Shown here in pieces: positions 24,035 to 35,395 of a stretch of DNA of 38,517 nt. The notes below the pieces were generated by a model. That model searched no databases and was not told the origin of the DNA. It worked only from the letters and a program-made list of their open reading frames with translations. This stretch comes from Chiloscyllium plagiosum (Eukaryota): assembly GCF_004010195.1 (NCBI RefSeq), contig NC_057756.1, forward strand, positions 6,824,407 to 6,862,923, written 5' to 3'. The translations under genes were made by a program, and so were the position numbers. The number at the start of each line of letters is the position of its first letter. Positions within the stretch are counted from its first letter, which is position 1.

Positions 24035-24216
24035 GAGAAAGTGAGGACTGCAGATGCTGGAGATCAGAGCTGAAAATGTGTTGCTGGAAAAGCGCAGCAG
24101 GTCAGGCAGCATCCAAGGAGCAGGAGAATCGACTTTTCGGGCCTGAGCCCGATTCCTGAAGAAGGGCTCAGGCCCGAAACGTCGATTCTCCTGCTCCTTG
24201 GATGCTGCCTGACCTG
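24035..24216. mobile_element. Short fold-back Penelope-like insertion with 14-bp TSD
   Basis: TSD ctgattagggatag/ctgattagggacag (24021-24034 and 24217-24230). 56-bp inverted arms at 24095-24150 and 24164-24219 with one mismatch. Confidence 0.9.
24156..24183 (+). ncRNA. Minimal hammerhead ribozyme motif
   Basis: CTGAAGA-A-GGGC-TCAG-GCCC-GAAA-CGTC, predicted cleavage after GUC at 24183. Confidence 0.7.
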
Positions 24217-25832
24217 CTGATTAGGGACAGTCAACATGGCTTTGTGCGTGGGAAATCATGTCTCACAAACTTGATTGAGTTTTTTGAAGAAGTAACCAAG
24301 AGGATTGATGAGGGCAGAGCAGTAGACATGATCTAGCTTGACTTCATTCGACAAGGTTCCCCATGGGAGACTGGTTAGCAAGGTTAGATCTCATGGAATG
24401 CAGGGAGAACTAGCCATTTGGATACAGAACTGGCTCGAAGGTAGAAGACAGAGGATAGTCGAGGAGGGTTGATTTTCAGACTGGAGGCCTGTGACCAGTG
24501 GAGCGCCACAAGGATCAGTGCTGCGTCCACTACTTTTCCTCATTTATATAAATGATTTGGATGTGAGCATAAGAGATAAAGTTAGTAAGTTCACGGATGA
24601 CACCAAAATTGGAAGTGTAGTGGACAGCAAAGAAGGTTACCTCAGATTACAATGGGATCTTGATCAAATAGGCCAATGGGCCGAGGAGCAGGTGGAGTTT
24701 AATTTAGATAAATGTGATTTGCTGTATTTTGGGAAAGCAAATCTTAGCAGGATTTATACACTTCATGGTGAGATCCTAGGGAGTGTTGCTGAACAAAGAG
24801 ATTTGAAGTGCAGGTTCATAGCTCCTTGAAAGTAGTCGCAGGTAGATAGGATAATGGAGGAGGCATTTGTTATGCTTTCCCTTATTGGTCAGAGTAGTGT
24901 TTACAGGAGCTGGGAGGTCATGTTGCGGCTGTACAGGACATTGGTGAGGCCACTCTTGGAATATTGTGTGTAATTCTGATCTCCTTCCTATTGGAAGGAA
25001 AATGTGAAACTTGAAAGGGTTCAGAAAAGATGTACAAGGATGTTGCCAGGGTTGGAGGATTTGAGCCATAGGGATAGGTTGAATAGACTAGGGCTGTTTT
25101 CACTGTAGTGTCAAAGGCTGAGGAGTGACCTTATATATGTTTATAAATCATGAGGGGCATGGATAGGATAAATAGACAAAGTGAGAGAGTCCAGAACTAG
25201 ACTGCACAGATTTAAGGTGAGAGGGGAAAGATATAAAAGAGACCTAAGGGACAACGTTTTCACGCAGAGGATGGTATGTGAATGGAATGAGCTGCCAGAG
25301 GAAGTGGTGGAGGCTGGTACAATTACAGCTTTTAAAAGGCATCTGGATGGGTACATGAATAGGAAGGGTTTGGAGGGATAATAGCCAGGTACTGGCAGGT
25401 GGGACTAAATTGGGTTGGGATGTCTTGTCGGCATGGACGAGTTGGATCGAAGGTTCTGTCTCCGAACTATGACTGAGTCCTGCCCTGGTTCATCTTATCA
25501 AAATGCAAAAGTTTGCATTTATCTGAATTAAACTCCATCAGCCACTCCTCAGCCCAGTCTCCCAGCTAATCAAGATCCCACTGTACTCTTAGATAGCCTT
25601 CTTCATTGTCCACTAAACTGCCAGTTTCCAGATGAATCAGAGATAATCTTGTTAAGACATGTAAGGACATCAGAACGAGGAGCAGAAGTAGGCCATTCAG
25701 CCCCTCAAGCATGCTTTGCCATTTAATATTATCATAGCTGACACCATCTGAACTCTACCTCCCTACCTGCTCTCCCTGTCCCTTTAACCTGCTGCTCATT
25801 GAAAATCTGCCAGAATCCTCCTCAAGTTTATT

Positions 25833-26332
25833 NNNNNNNNNNNNNNNNNNNNNNNNNNNNNNNNNNNNNNNNNNNNNNNNNNNNNNNNNNNNNNNNNNNN
25901 NNNNNNNNNNNNNNNNNNNNNNNNNNNNNNNNNNNNNNNNNNNNNNNNNNNNNNNNNNNNNNNNNNNNNNNNNNNNNNNNNNNNNNNNNNNNNNNNNNNN
26001 NNNNNNNNNNNNNNNNNNNNNNNNNNNNNNNNNNNNNNNNNNNNNNNNNNNNNNNNNNNNNNNNNNNNNNNNNNNNNNNNNNNNNNNNNNNNNNNNNNNN
26101 NNNNNNNNNNNNNNNNNNNNNNNNNNNNNNNNNNNNNNNNNNNNNNNNNNNNNNNNNNNNNNNNNNNNNNNNNNNNNNNNNNNNNNNNNNNNNNNNNNNN
26201 NNNNNNNNNNNNNNNNNNNNNNNNNNNNNNNNNNNNNNNNNNNNNNNNNNNNNNNNNNNNNNNNNNNNNNNNNNNNNNNNNNNNNNNNNNNNNNNNNNNN
26301 NNNNNNNNNNNNNNNNNNNNNNNNNNNNNNNN
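25833..26332. other. Assembly gap (500 N)
   Basis: Run of exactly 500 N. Confidence 1.
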
Positions 26333-26398
26333 TCGATTCTCCTGCTCCTCGGATACTGCCTGGCCGGCTGTGCTTTTCCAGCATCACATTCTTCGACT
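26333..26398 (+). mobile_element. Penelope-like terminal fragment abutting the gap
   Basis: Reverse complement of the PLE end at about 20590-20656. Confidence 0.8.
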
Positions 26399-26399
26399 G

Positions 26400-28640
26400 G
26401 TAATGTCACCACACAGGATTGCTCAACAGTGAAAAAATCAACTTGCACCAGGTTGAGTGAAGTGATCTGACATTGGTCATTCCACATCCAGTTGAGACTG
26501 GAAGGGAACAATTAAACATGCAATTGGGAGGGAGCACTCACTACCATCTTCAATGATTGGGGATTCCAGCCAATCAGTCCAAAAGATGAGGCTGAAGAAT
26601 GTGCCAGGTGGGTGATCCATCTTGGTCTGCCCCATGAGATTCCCAGCTTCGTGAATGTCAGCCATTAGCCAATTCAATTCAACCCACGTGGAACCCATCT
26701 AACATGCCTGCAATAGCACTGGGACAAGCTGCAATGCAGTACCAAAGTGAGGGTCCTCCATAAACACCTCCCAATCCCATGATCTGGAAGGTCATTCTGG
26801 AAGATCAGAAGAAGCAAAAGAATAGGCACACGGTAAACTACAAGCTCAAGTCCAAGCCACTCAACACACTGACTTGGAACCATATCACCATTCAGACAGT
26901 CATTAAGCTGTACTGCATGGAAACAGATCCTTTGGTCCAACTCATCCACGCTGACCAGATATCCTAAATTAATGTAGTCCCATTTGCCAGCATTTGGATC
27001 GAATCCTTCTAAACCCTTTCTATTCATGTACCCGTGCTGATGCCTTTTAAATGCTGCAATTGCACCAGCCTACAACACTCCCTCTGGCAGCTCATTCTAC
27101 ACACACATGACCCTGTGTATGATAAAGTTGCCCCTTGGGTCCCTTTTCAATCTTTCCCCTCTCATCTTAAAGCTTTGCCACCGAGTTTTGTACTCCCCTA
27201 AAATGGGAAAAAAAGATCTTGACTTTTCACCCTATCCATGCCCCACATGATTTTATAAACCTCTATAAGGTCACCCCTCAGCCTCCGATGCTCCAAAGAA
27301 AGCAGCCCCAGCCCATTCAGCCTCTCCCTGTAGCTCAAAGCCTCCAACTCTGTCAACAACCTTGTAAATATTTTCAATATTCTTTCCTGTTTAACATCAT
27401 CTCTCTGAAAGCAGGGACACCAGAATTGTATGCAGTACCTTTCAAGACAAGCGTACCAAACGCCTTCTTCGCCACCCTGTCTATCTGCGACTCCACCTTC
27501 AAGGTACTATGAACTTGTACCCCAAGGTCTCTCTTTCAGCAACACTCGCAGGGCCCTATCATTAAGTGCACAGGTCCTGCACTGATTGGCCTGATCAAAA
27601 TGCAACACCTCACATTTACAGTCCCACAACAATGTGGTTAACTCTCAACAGCCCTTCATCAAATTAGAAATGGGTGATAAACACTTGTATTGCCAATGAA
27701 AAATTCCAAGTGTCAGATTATTAACAGAGGGTTTAGAATTCAGGATCTGAGATATTCAAGACCTGATTTGCGGATCGACACATTCCTGACTGAGAATCGC
27801 ACATCAGGAAGAACATCCAAAGAAGGAATAAATGTAGCCCTTCACACATGGCCCTTCACATTTGTTCTGCCTTCCACGAAGATCACAGCGGATCGGATTT
27901 TAACATCAATTCCACATTCCTGCACCTTCCCCAATAATCCCACCCACTCTTGGTCATTAAGAATCGATCTACTTTTGCCTTAAAAATATTTAAAGATTCT
28001 GCATTCACTGCCTGTTGAGGAAGGGAATTCCAAAGACACTCACCCTGAGAGAAAAAATGCTTTTCCACCTCGGTTTCAAACAGGTGCTCATTTATTTTTA
28101 AACCGTGACCCCCGAGATCTAGATTCTCCCACAAGAGGAAACATCCTTTCTACACACACCCTGTCAGGTCCCCTCAGGATGTTATATGTTTCAAAAGATT
28201 CACTTCTGACCATTGGGAGAGGCTGAATTGGTTGTGGCTTTTTCTCTTGGAGCGTAGGAGGCAGGGGTTTGACCTAATAGAGGTCCATGGGGTCATGAGG
28301 GGCATGCATTGGGTGAGTGGCCAAGATCTTTATACCAGCGCAGGGGAGTCCAAACCAGAGGGAATAGGTTTAAAGTGAGAGAGGAAAGATATGAAAGGGA
28401 CCTCATGGATAACTCTTTCATGCTGAAGGTGGTTATAGGTATGGAACAAGCAGCCAAAGTAAGTATTGTAGGTGGGTAACATTTCAACATTTAAGAGGTA
28501 TCTGGATGGGTCCATAAATATGAAGAATTGAGAGGGAGATGGGGCAAATGCTGGAAAATGGGACTACAGGAGCATCGGATATCTGGTCAACAAGGATGAA
28601 TTGGACCAAAGAGTTTATTTCAATGTTCTGCAACTCTATG
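26400..28640 (-). repeat. Inverted segmental duplicate of about 710-3810
   Basis: Same ordered fragments and shared junctions in reverse (28200 vs 1065, 27810 vs 1795, 27640 vs 1975, 26890 vs 3265). Confidence 0.8.
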
Positions 28641-28774
28641 ACTCTTCGAAACACCAGGGGATACAGAGCCAGCCTGCCTTGCCTATCCTCTTATTCCAGG
28701 TATGAGTTGGGTAAACCTTCTCTGAGCTACTTCTAACGCATCCTTCTATCAGTCTGGGAACCAAAACTGTCCTG

Positions 28775-29005
28775 TCAGAATCAATTATTAATTCAAAATG
28801 AACTGAAAATTCCACAATTATTGCTAACCAACTGTGAATCTAACTAATGGAATCCGGAAATTGGTATTTGACCATGAGCAGGGTCATTGATCAAGGTATG
28901 ATTGACAAATTGGTATCCGAGTTCAGTGAGGCAACAAAATCAGATCAATCGTTCAGCTATAGGTTAATGAGGAAAGAAATGTGCTTTCAAAGATATTGGT
29001 CTTGT
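28775..29005 (+). pseudogene. mcl1: MCL1-like pseudogene fragment (BH4-BH3-helix 4) with internal deletions
   Basis: NELK/STIIANQL*I* (DELYRQSLEIISRYLREQ) and TMSRVID-QGMIDKL at 28871-28912 (TLRRVGD...QGMLRKL). Confidence 0.75.
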
Positions 29006-29009
29006 ACTC

Positions 29010-29985
29010 ACAGAGTCGTGGAGATGTACAGCATGGAAACAGACCGTTCAGTCCAATTCGTCCATGCCAACCAGATAGCCCAACCCGATCAAATCCCACC
29101 TGCCAGCACCTGGCCCATATCCCTCCAAACCCTTCCTATTCATATACCGATCCAGATGCCTTTTAAATGTTGTAATTTTACCAGCCTCCACCATGTCCTC
29201 TGGCAGTTCATTCCATACACATACCATACTCTGCGTGAAAACGTTGCCCCTTAGGTCTCTTTTATATCGTTTTCCTCCCAACCTAAATTTATGCCCTCTA
29301 GTTCTGGACTCCTCCACCCCAGGGAAAAGACTTTGTCTATTTATCCTATCCGTGCTCTTCATGATTTTATAAACCTCTATGAGGTCACCCCTCAGCCTCC
29401 ATCATGAAACCAACATGGTCATTCTAAAAGATGAGAGACTTAACAAACAATCCGGATCTTTTTCAACATATAATTTCTGTTACATCACACTGTAAACTTT
29501 TGCTATAAATTCTGTGTCTTACAATCTTATTCTCCACAATCACCCGATGAAAGAGCAGCGCTCTGAAAGCTAGTGCTTCCAAATAAACCTTGGATTATAA
29601 CCTGATGTTGTGTAATTTTCAACTTTATTCTATCCATGCCTCTCATGATTTTATAAACCTCTGTCAGGTCACCTCTCAGCCTCCTATGCTCCAGGGAAAT
29701 CAGCCTCAGTCTATTCAGCCTCTCCCTTTAGCTTAAATCATCCAACCCGGATAACATCCTTGTCAATCGTTTCTGAACCCTTTCAATATTCACAACATCC
29801 TTCCAACAGGAGGGAGACCAAGGAATACTCCACAAGTGGCCGAATGAATGTCCTGTACAGTCGCAACATGACCTCCCAACTCCGAGACTTGATGCTCCAA
29901 TGAATAAAGGAAAGCATTCCAAACGCCTTCTTCACTATCCTATCCACCTGCAACTCCACTTTCAATGAGCTATGAACCTCCACTC
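29010..29985 (-). mobile_element. CR1 3' fragment(s) interrupted by a PLE end
   Basis: ORFs 29048..29362 and 29783..30076 carry CR1 RT C-terminal motifs. Confidence 0.9.
29401..29626 (+). mobile_element. Penelope-like terminal fragment of another family, with a mutated hammerhead motif
   Basis: CAC-CCGATGA-A-AGAGC-AGC-GCTCT-GAAA-GCTA-GTG at 29541-29575, followed by aataaa. Confidence 0.7.
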
Positions 29986-30170
29986 CATTCTTGTGCAACT
30001 CCACATTATAGAAAAATCGCGCTTCAGAAACAGCACTTAAAGTGTTCGTGCCAATCATGTTGCAGCCAACACACATTTTACAACTTCACAATGTAGAAAG
30101 TGTCCTCAATTCAATGATGTTACAGCGAATTTGCATTGATGAAACACACGTTATAACAGAACAACCTGTA
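29986..30170. mobile_element. Right part of the split MITE (duplicate of 4619-4804)
   Basis: Same CR1/MITE junction cactccattcttgtg and TIR end gttataacagaacaacctgta. Confidence 0.85.
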
Positions 30171-30229
30171 ATTGGTCCCTGAGGGATTCCTAAGGGATAA
30201 ACATTGAGTCTAATGTGACTCATCTTCAT

Positions 30230-30530
30230 GACATCAAAAACTGACCAATTTGACAGCCTTGTGAAGTTTACAAGGGATTTGGTGATCCACAGTGTCACTA
30301 ATATCTGAAGGGAGCTGTGGCGTGGGGAAGGCTTTCACTAAGAAACCCGTGGGATCTGTCTTGACAACATCTCCTACCTGAGGCATTGTGGGGGTTGTTT
30401 CTTCATGTGATTTATCTGTTACTTGTGTTTGCCCCATGTTAATCTTGAGATGGTAGAACATGTAGCATGGCAATCTTTCATTTTGCGTGTTTCTTGAGTA
30501 AGTTTTCTTTGTCATAAGTTAATTAACTTT
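30230..30530 (+). pseudogene. mcl1: MCL1-like pseudogene fragment (helix 3 to BH2)
   Basis: DIKN/DQFDSLVKFTRDLVIHSVTNI*R (30230-30311) versus DIKNEDDVKSLSRVMIHVFSDGVTNWGR. Then AFTKK and YLL + 5 aa + degenerate W-L. Confidence 0.85.
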
Positions 30531-30566
30531 GTTTAATAAAGTCATCTCAGACATACTTTTTGTCGA

Positions 30567-32322
30567 GGGGACTAATATACGAGCAGGGAGATTTGCGAGA
30601 GCTGCTCAGGACGACTGAAACCAGTAATTCTGGGGCGGATCCAGGGAAATAGTGAGGAAAGAGATCAATCTGAGACTGGTACAGTTGGGAACATGAGTGA
30701 AACAAACAGTCAGGGCAGGAAGGAAAAGAACAGAGAACAAGGTAGGATTGATAAACTAAACTGCATTTATTTCAATGCAAGAGGCCAAACAGGGAAGGCA
30801 GATGAACTAAGGGCATGGTTAGGAACATGGAACTGGGGCATCATAGCAATTAGAGAGACGTGGCTCAGGGATAGATAGTACTGGCAACTTAATGTTCCAG
30901 GATACAAATGCTATAAGAAGGATAGCAAAGAGGGTGAGAGAGGACGGGGAGTAGCATTTCTGATAAGGGATAGCATTATGGCTGTGCTGAGGGAAGATAT
31001 TCCTGGGAATGCATCCAAGGAGGTTATTTTGGTGGAACCGAGAAGTAAGAAAGGGTTGATGACCTTAGTGGGATTATATTCTCGAACACTCGAATAATTG
31101 GCGGGAAAGTGCAAAGCAAATTTTAAAGGAGATCACAGTTATCTGTAAGAATAATAGGGTGGTTATGGTCGGGGGTTCTATCTTTCCAAATATAAACTGG
31201 GCCCGCCATAGTTTTAAGGGTTTAGATGTAAGTGTGTACAAGAAAATGTTGTGATTCAGCATCTAGATGTACCTACTAGAGAAAATGCAAAACTTGACCT
31301 CCTCTTGGGAAATAAGACAGGGCAGGTGGAGGGGGAGCACTTAGGGGCAAGTGACTGTAAATCTGTTATTTTTAGAATAAATTAATTATGGAAAAGGTGA
31401 GACCACATCTAAAAGTTGAAGTTCAAAATTGGAGAAAGGCCAAATTTGACAGTATTAGGCAAGAACATTCAAAAGTTGAGTGGGGACAGATGTTCGCAGG
31501 TAAAGGGACGGCTGGAAAATGAGAAGCTTTCAGATGTGAGATAACGAGAGTCCAGAGACAGTATATTCCTGTTAGGGTGAAAGGCAAGGCTGGTAGATGT
31601 AGGGAGTGATGGGTGATCAGAGAAATTGTGGTTTTGGTTAAGAAAAAGAAGGAAATGTGTCAGGGATAGACAGCAGACATTGAGTGAATCCGTAAAAGAA
31701 TATAAAGGCAATAGGAGCAATTTTTGAGGGAAATCAGGAGGGCAAAAAGGGGACATGCGATAGCTGTGGCAAATAGGGTTAAGGAGAATCCAAATAGATT
31801 TTATATATACACATACAAAGGACAAAAGGATAACTAGGGAGAGAACAGCGTCCCATCAAGTTCAGCAAGAGAGCTCATGTGTGGAACTACAGGCAATGGA
31901 GGAAGAGATTAAATGAATATTTTGCATCAGGCATTGGCTAGGCCACTTTTGGAATATTGTGTGCAATTCTGGTCTCCTTCCAATTGGAAGGAACTTGTGA
32001 AACTTGCAAGGGTTCAGAAAAGATTTACAAGGAAGGGTTTGGAGGGATGTGGGCTGTGTGCTGGCAGGTGGGACTGGATTGGGTTCAGAAATCCGGTTTG
32101 CATGGCCGAGTTCGACCGAAAGGTCTCTTTCCATGCTGTACATCTCTATGACTCTCTGTTGACTGTGGAGAAGGACATGGAAGATATAGAATGTGGTGCA
32201 ATAATTAGTGACATCTTGACCAATGTCCATATTACAGAAGAGGGGTAATGAATGTCATAAAATGCATAAAAGTGGGTAAATCTCCAAGACCTGATCAGTT
32301 GTACTCTAGAACTCTGTGCGAA
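30567..32322 (+). mobile_element. CR1 ORF1-end/ORF2 fragment (paralog of 5353-6910) with nested CR1 3' piece 31931-32156
   Basis: LNCIYFNARG...IIAIRETW. Same 5' truncation point ggggactaatata as at 5353. Confidence 0.9.
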
Positions 32323-32394
32323 GCCACGGAATTGAATCCAGGTCCTTGGCACAGTGAACCAGCAATGCCAACTGCTGAGCCACCGTGCCAACAT

Positions 32395-33140
32395 TTGGAT
32401 GTAGTTGTGATTGCACCAGATGGGGTACAGAGGAGATTCCCCAGGATGTTGGCTGGGATGGAGCAGTTCAGCGATGAAGAGAGGCTGGCTAAGTTTGAGT
32501 TGTTTTCTTGGAGCAGGGAAGATTGAGGGGAGACCTGATAGAGGTGTATAAGAGTATGAGGGGCACGGAGAGCCTGGATACGAAGCAACAGTTCCCCTTA
32601 ATCACAGGGTCAATAACAGGGGGGGGTTAGGAGGGTGCAAGTAGATTTGAGGGGCACTATCACCCAGAGGGTGTTGGGGATCTGGAGTAAACCACCTGAG
32701 AGGGTAGTTGATCTCATAACCTTTAAAAAGTACTTGGAGGAGCAGTTAAATTGTCAAGGCTATGGGCCTAATGCAGGGAAGAGGGACTGGTGTGTTCTAC
32801 TGGGAAGGCTGATGCCAAGTAGTTATTCAACCCCATCTTCAAATACCAGGAGGCGCAGGGTTAAGGTGAGAGGGGGAAAGTTTAAAGCAGATGTGCGAGG
32901 AAAGTTTTATTCCTCAGAGGGTGGGAGGTGCCTGGAACGCATTGCCAGGGGAGATGGGAGAAGGAGATACAGTCACAGTGTTTAAGGGGCATTTGGAGAG
33001 ACACGTGAACAGGCAGGGAATAGAGGGATACGGACCATGTGCAGGCAGAGGGGATTGGTTTAGAATAGCATTACGGTCAGCACAGATATGGTGGGCCGAA
33101 GGGCCTGTTCTTGTGCTACACTGCCCTACATCCTCTATGT
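32395..33140 (+). mobile_element. Two older CR1 3' fragments
   Basis: VQRRFPRMLAGM in the first, KVRGGKFKADVRGKF...WNALP in the second. Confidence 0.8.
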
Positions 33141-33274
33141 TCCCCACTATTATTTCCCCAGCCTCATTCTCGAGGGATTTGAAACTGTTTCAATGGCCAC
33201 AAATGTGCAGAGAGATGGAGCAATATCAAAGGCTTAAATGGCTCATTCCTGTTCCTGCAGTTACACAGAAACAG

Positions 33275-33592
33275 TGACTTGCATTCAAATGCCGAAATAT
33301 CGAATTTGTTTCGAAGTAGATTATTCAGTAACGAGAGAGCTCCGTCTGTGTTTGCGTTCACCTCCTGCTCACATTTCAGGCGTTCTTTCTCCCGTTGGGA
33401 GCTCTGAAGTGCTGTAAATTGTATCAAATGTTGCACAACTGCAGTTAGTTTCATTACTACCGTCTGGAGGTATGTTCCTTCATTAGCTACCCAAATCGTA
33501 GCTAAAATTGCAGGATGTAATAACAAGTGTGAAGCTGAGATAAAGAGCATTTCCTGCAAATGCCAAAAATTATAGATGGAGCACTTTTTCAG
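33275..33592 (-). pseudogene. MCL1-like pseudogene, N-terminal half
   Basis: HPAIL (RPAVL), NEGT, TFDTIYSTSE (BH4-like, compare TFHIFVGES at 9134), KFDISAFE (compare DFHSAFE at 9297). Frameshifts are needed. Confidence 0.45.
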
Positions 33593-33593
33593 A

Positions 33594-34800
33594 ATCATAG
33601 TCATAGAGAAGTGCAGCACAGAAATAGATCCTACAACATGTCCATGCTGACCAAATATCCCAACCTAATCTGGTCCCATTTGCCAGCAACCAGCCCATAT
33701 CCCTCTAAACCCTTCATATTCATATACCCATCCAGATGCACTTTAAGTGCAGTAATTGTATCAGCCTCTACAACATCCCCTGGCAGCTCATTCCATAGAC
33801 GTACCACCCTCTGTGTGAAAAAGTTGCCACTCAGGTCACTTTTATATCGTTCCCCTCTCACCGTACAGCTATGCACTTTAGTTAGCTCTGGGCTCCCCCC
33901 ATCCTAGGGAAAAGACATTGTCTATTTATCCTATCCATGTCCCTCATGATGTTATAAACCTTGATAAGGTCACCCCTCAGTCTCCAACGGTTCAGGGAAA
34001 ACAGCCCCAACCTATTCAGCCTCTCCCTCCAGTTCAAATCCTCCAACCCTGGCAACGTCCCTGTAAGTCTTTGCTGAACCCTTTCAACATCCTTCGGATA
34101 GGAAGGCGACCAGAATTGCACACAGTATTCCAAAAATGGCCGAACCAATGTCCTATACAGCTGCAACATGACAACCCAAATCCTACACTCAATGTTCTGA
34201 CCAATAAAGGAAAGCATACCAAACGTGGTGAAGGTATTTCTACTAGGCGGAGAGACTAGGACCCGATGGCACAGCCTGAGAGTGAAGGAGTGACCCTTTC
34301 AAACTGAGATGAGGAAGAATTTCTTCAGCCAGAGAGTGGTGACTCTGTGCAACTCACTGCTGCAGAAGGCTACAGAGGCCACGTCACTGAGTTTATTTAA
34401 AATAGTGACAGATAGGTTCTCGATGAGTGTGGGGACCAAAGGTTAGGGGGAGAAGGCAGGAGAATGGAGTTGAGAAACATATCAGCCATGATCCAATGGG
34501 AAGCAGAATCAATGGGCCAGTTCTGTTCCTGTATCTGTTGGTCCAAATGACAGTGTGATGACTAGACTACATTAGATTCAATATGGAAACAGGCCCTTCG
34601 GCCCAACCAGTCTACACTGACCCTCCGAAGAGCAACCCACCCAGACCCATATCCCTCTGACTAACGCACCTAACTCTGTGGGCAATTTAGCAATGGAGAA
34701 CCAGCAGTGGCTAATCATTGGCGGCGAAACTGCGATGGCGAATCGTCACCAACCCTATCTACCTGCGACTCCACTTTTAAGGAGCTATGAACCTGCACTC
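33594..34800 (-). mobile_element. CR1 3' fragment interrupted by a plus-strand CR1 piece (34226-34535) and a partial HE1 (34560-34692)
   Basis: ORFs 33631..33876 and 33882..34217. The CR1 resumes at accctatctacctgcgactcc near 34752. Confidence 0.85.
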
Positions 34801-34906
34801 CATTCTTGTGCAACTCCACATTATAGAAAACCCACGCTTCAGAAACAGCACTTAAAGTGTTGGTGCCAATCATGTTGCAGCCAACACACATTTTAAAAGT
34901 TCAGGC

Positions 34907-35075
34907 TGGGATCTGTCTTGACAACATCTCCTATCTGAAGCATTGTGGGGATTGTTTATTCATGTGATTTATCTGTTACTTGTTTTTGCCTCATGTTAAT
35001 CTTGAGATGGTAGAACATGTCGCATGTCAATCTTTCCTTCTCTGTGTTTCTCGAGTTAGTTTTCTTTGTAATAAG
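34907..35075 (+). pseudogene. MCL1-like fragment (third copy of the duplicated unit)
   Basis: Close DNA match to 30351-30520. Confidence 0.7.
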
Positions 35076-35119
35076 TTAATTAATATATTACAATTAAATA
35101 ATTGGAGATTTTTCTTCTA

Positions 35120-35395
35120 GGGGACTAATATACGAGCAAGGAAATTTGCGAGAGCTGCTCGGGAGGGTTGAATCTTGTAATTTAGGGGAGGATCCAAAGA
35201 AATAGTGAGGAAAGAGATCAATCTGAGATTGGTACAGTTGGGAAAATGAGTGAGACAAACAGTCAGGCCAGGCAGGAGAAAAACAGAGAACAAGGTAGGG
35301 TTGATAAATTAAACTGCATTTATTTCAATGCAAGAGGCCTAAGAGGGAAGGCAGATGAACTAAGGGCAAGGTTAGGGACATGGTACTGGGGCATA
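35120..35395 (+). mobile_element. CR1 ORF1-end/ORF2-start fragment (third copy of unit)
   Basis: Same ggggactaatata start and LNCIYFNARG. Confidence 0.85.

Larger units (their letters stand above)
19670..25475 (+). mobile_element. Near-full-length CR1 (HER1-like) LINE with putative 5'UTR, ORF1, ORF2 and 3' end, carrying nested insertions
   Basis: ORF1 N-terminal Cys motifs (CRMW...YVCNKC) at about 20330-20395, esterase HIGTND...DGLHLN at 21220-21495, APE 21700-22350, RT 23600-25300 (PQGSVL, KFTDDTK), tail about 25470. Confidence 0.92.

Noticed and set aside
25755..26511. Three long ORFs in the track
   Set aside because: Artefacts of translating the N gap.
30313..30345. C2H2 zinc-finger-like CGVGKAFT
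   Set aside because: No second Cys, His pair or TGEKP linker. It falls in the BH1 region of the MCL1-like copy.
32790..33225. Further tiny MCL1-like hints (YW/GRLM near 32800, FETVSMATNVQRD near 33180)
   Set aside because: Too short to distinguish from chance by eye, so not counted as copies.
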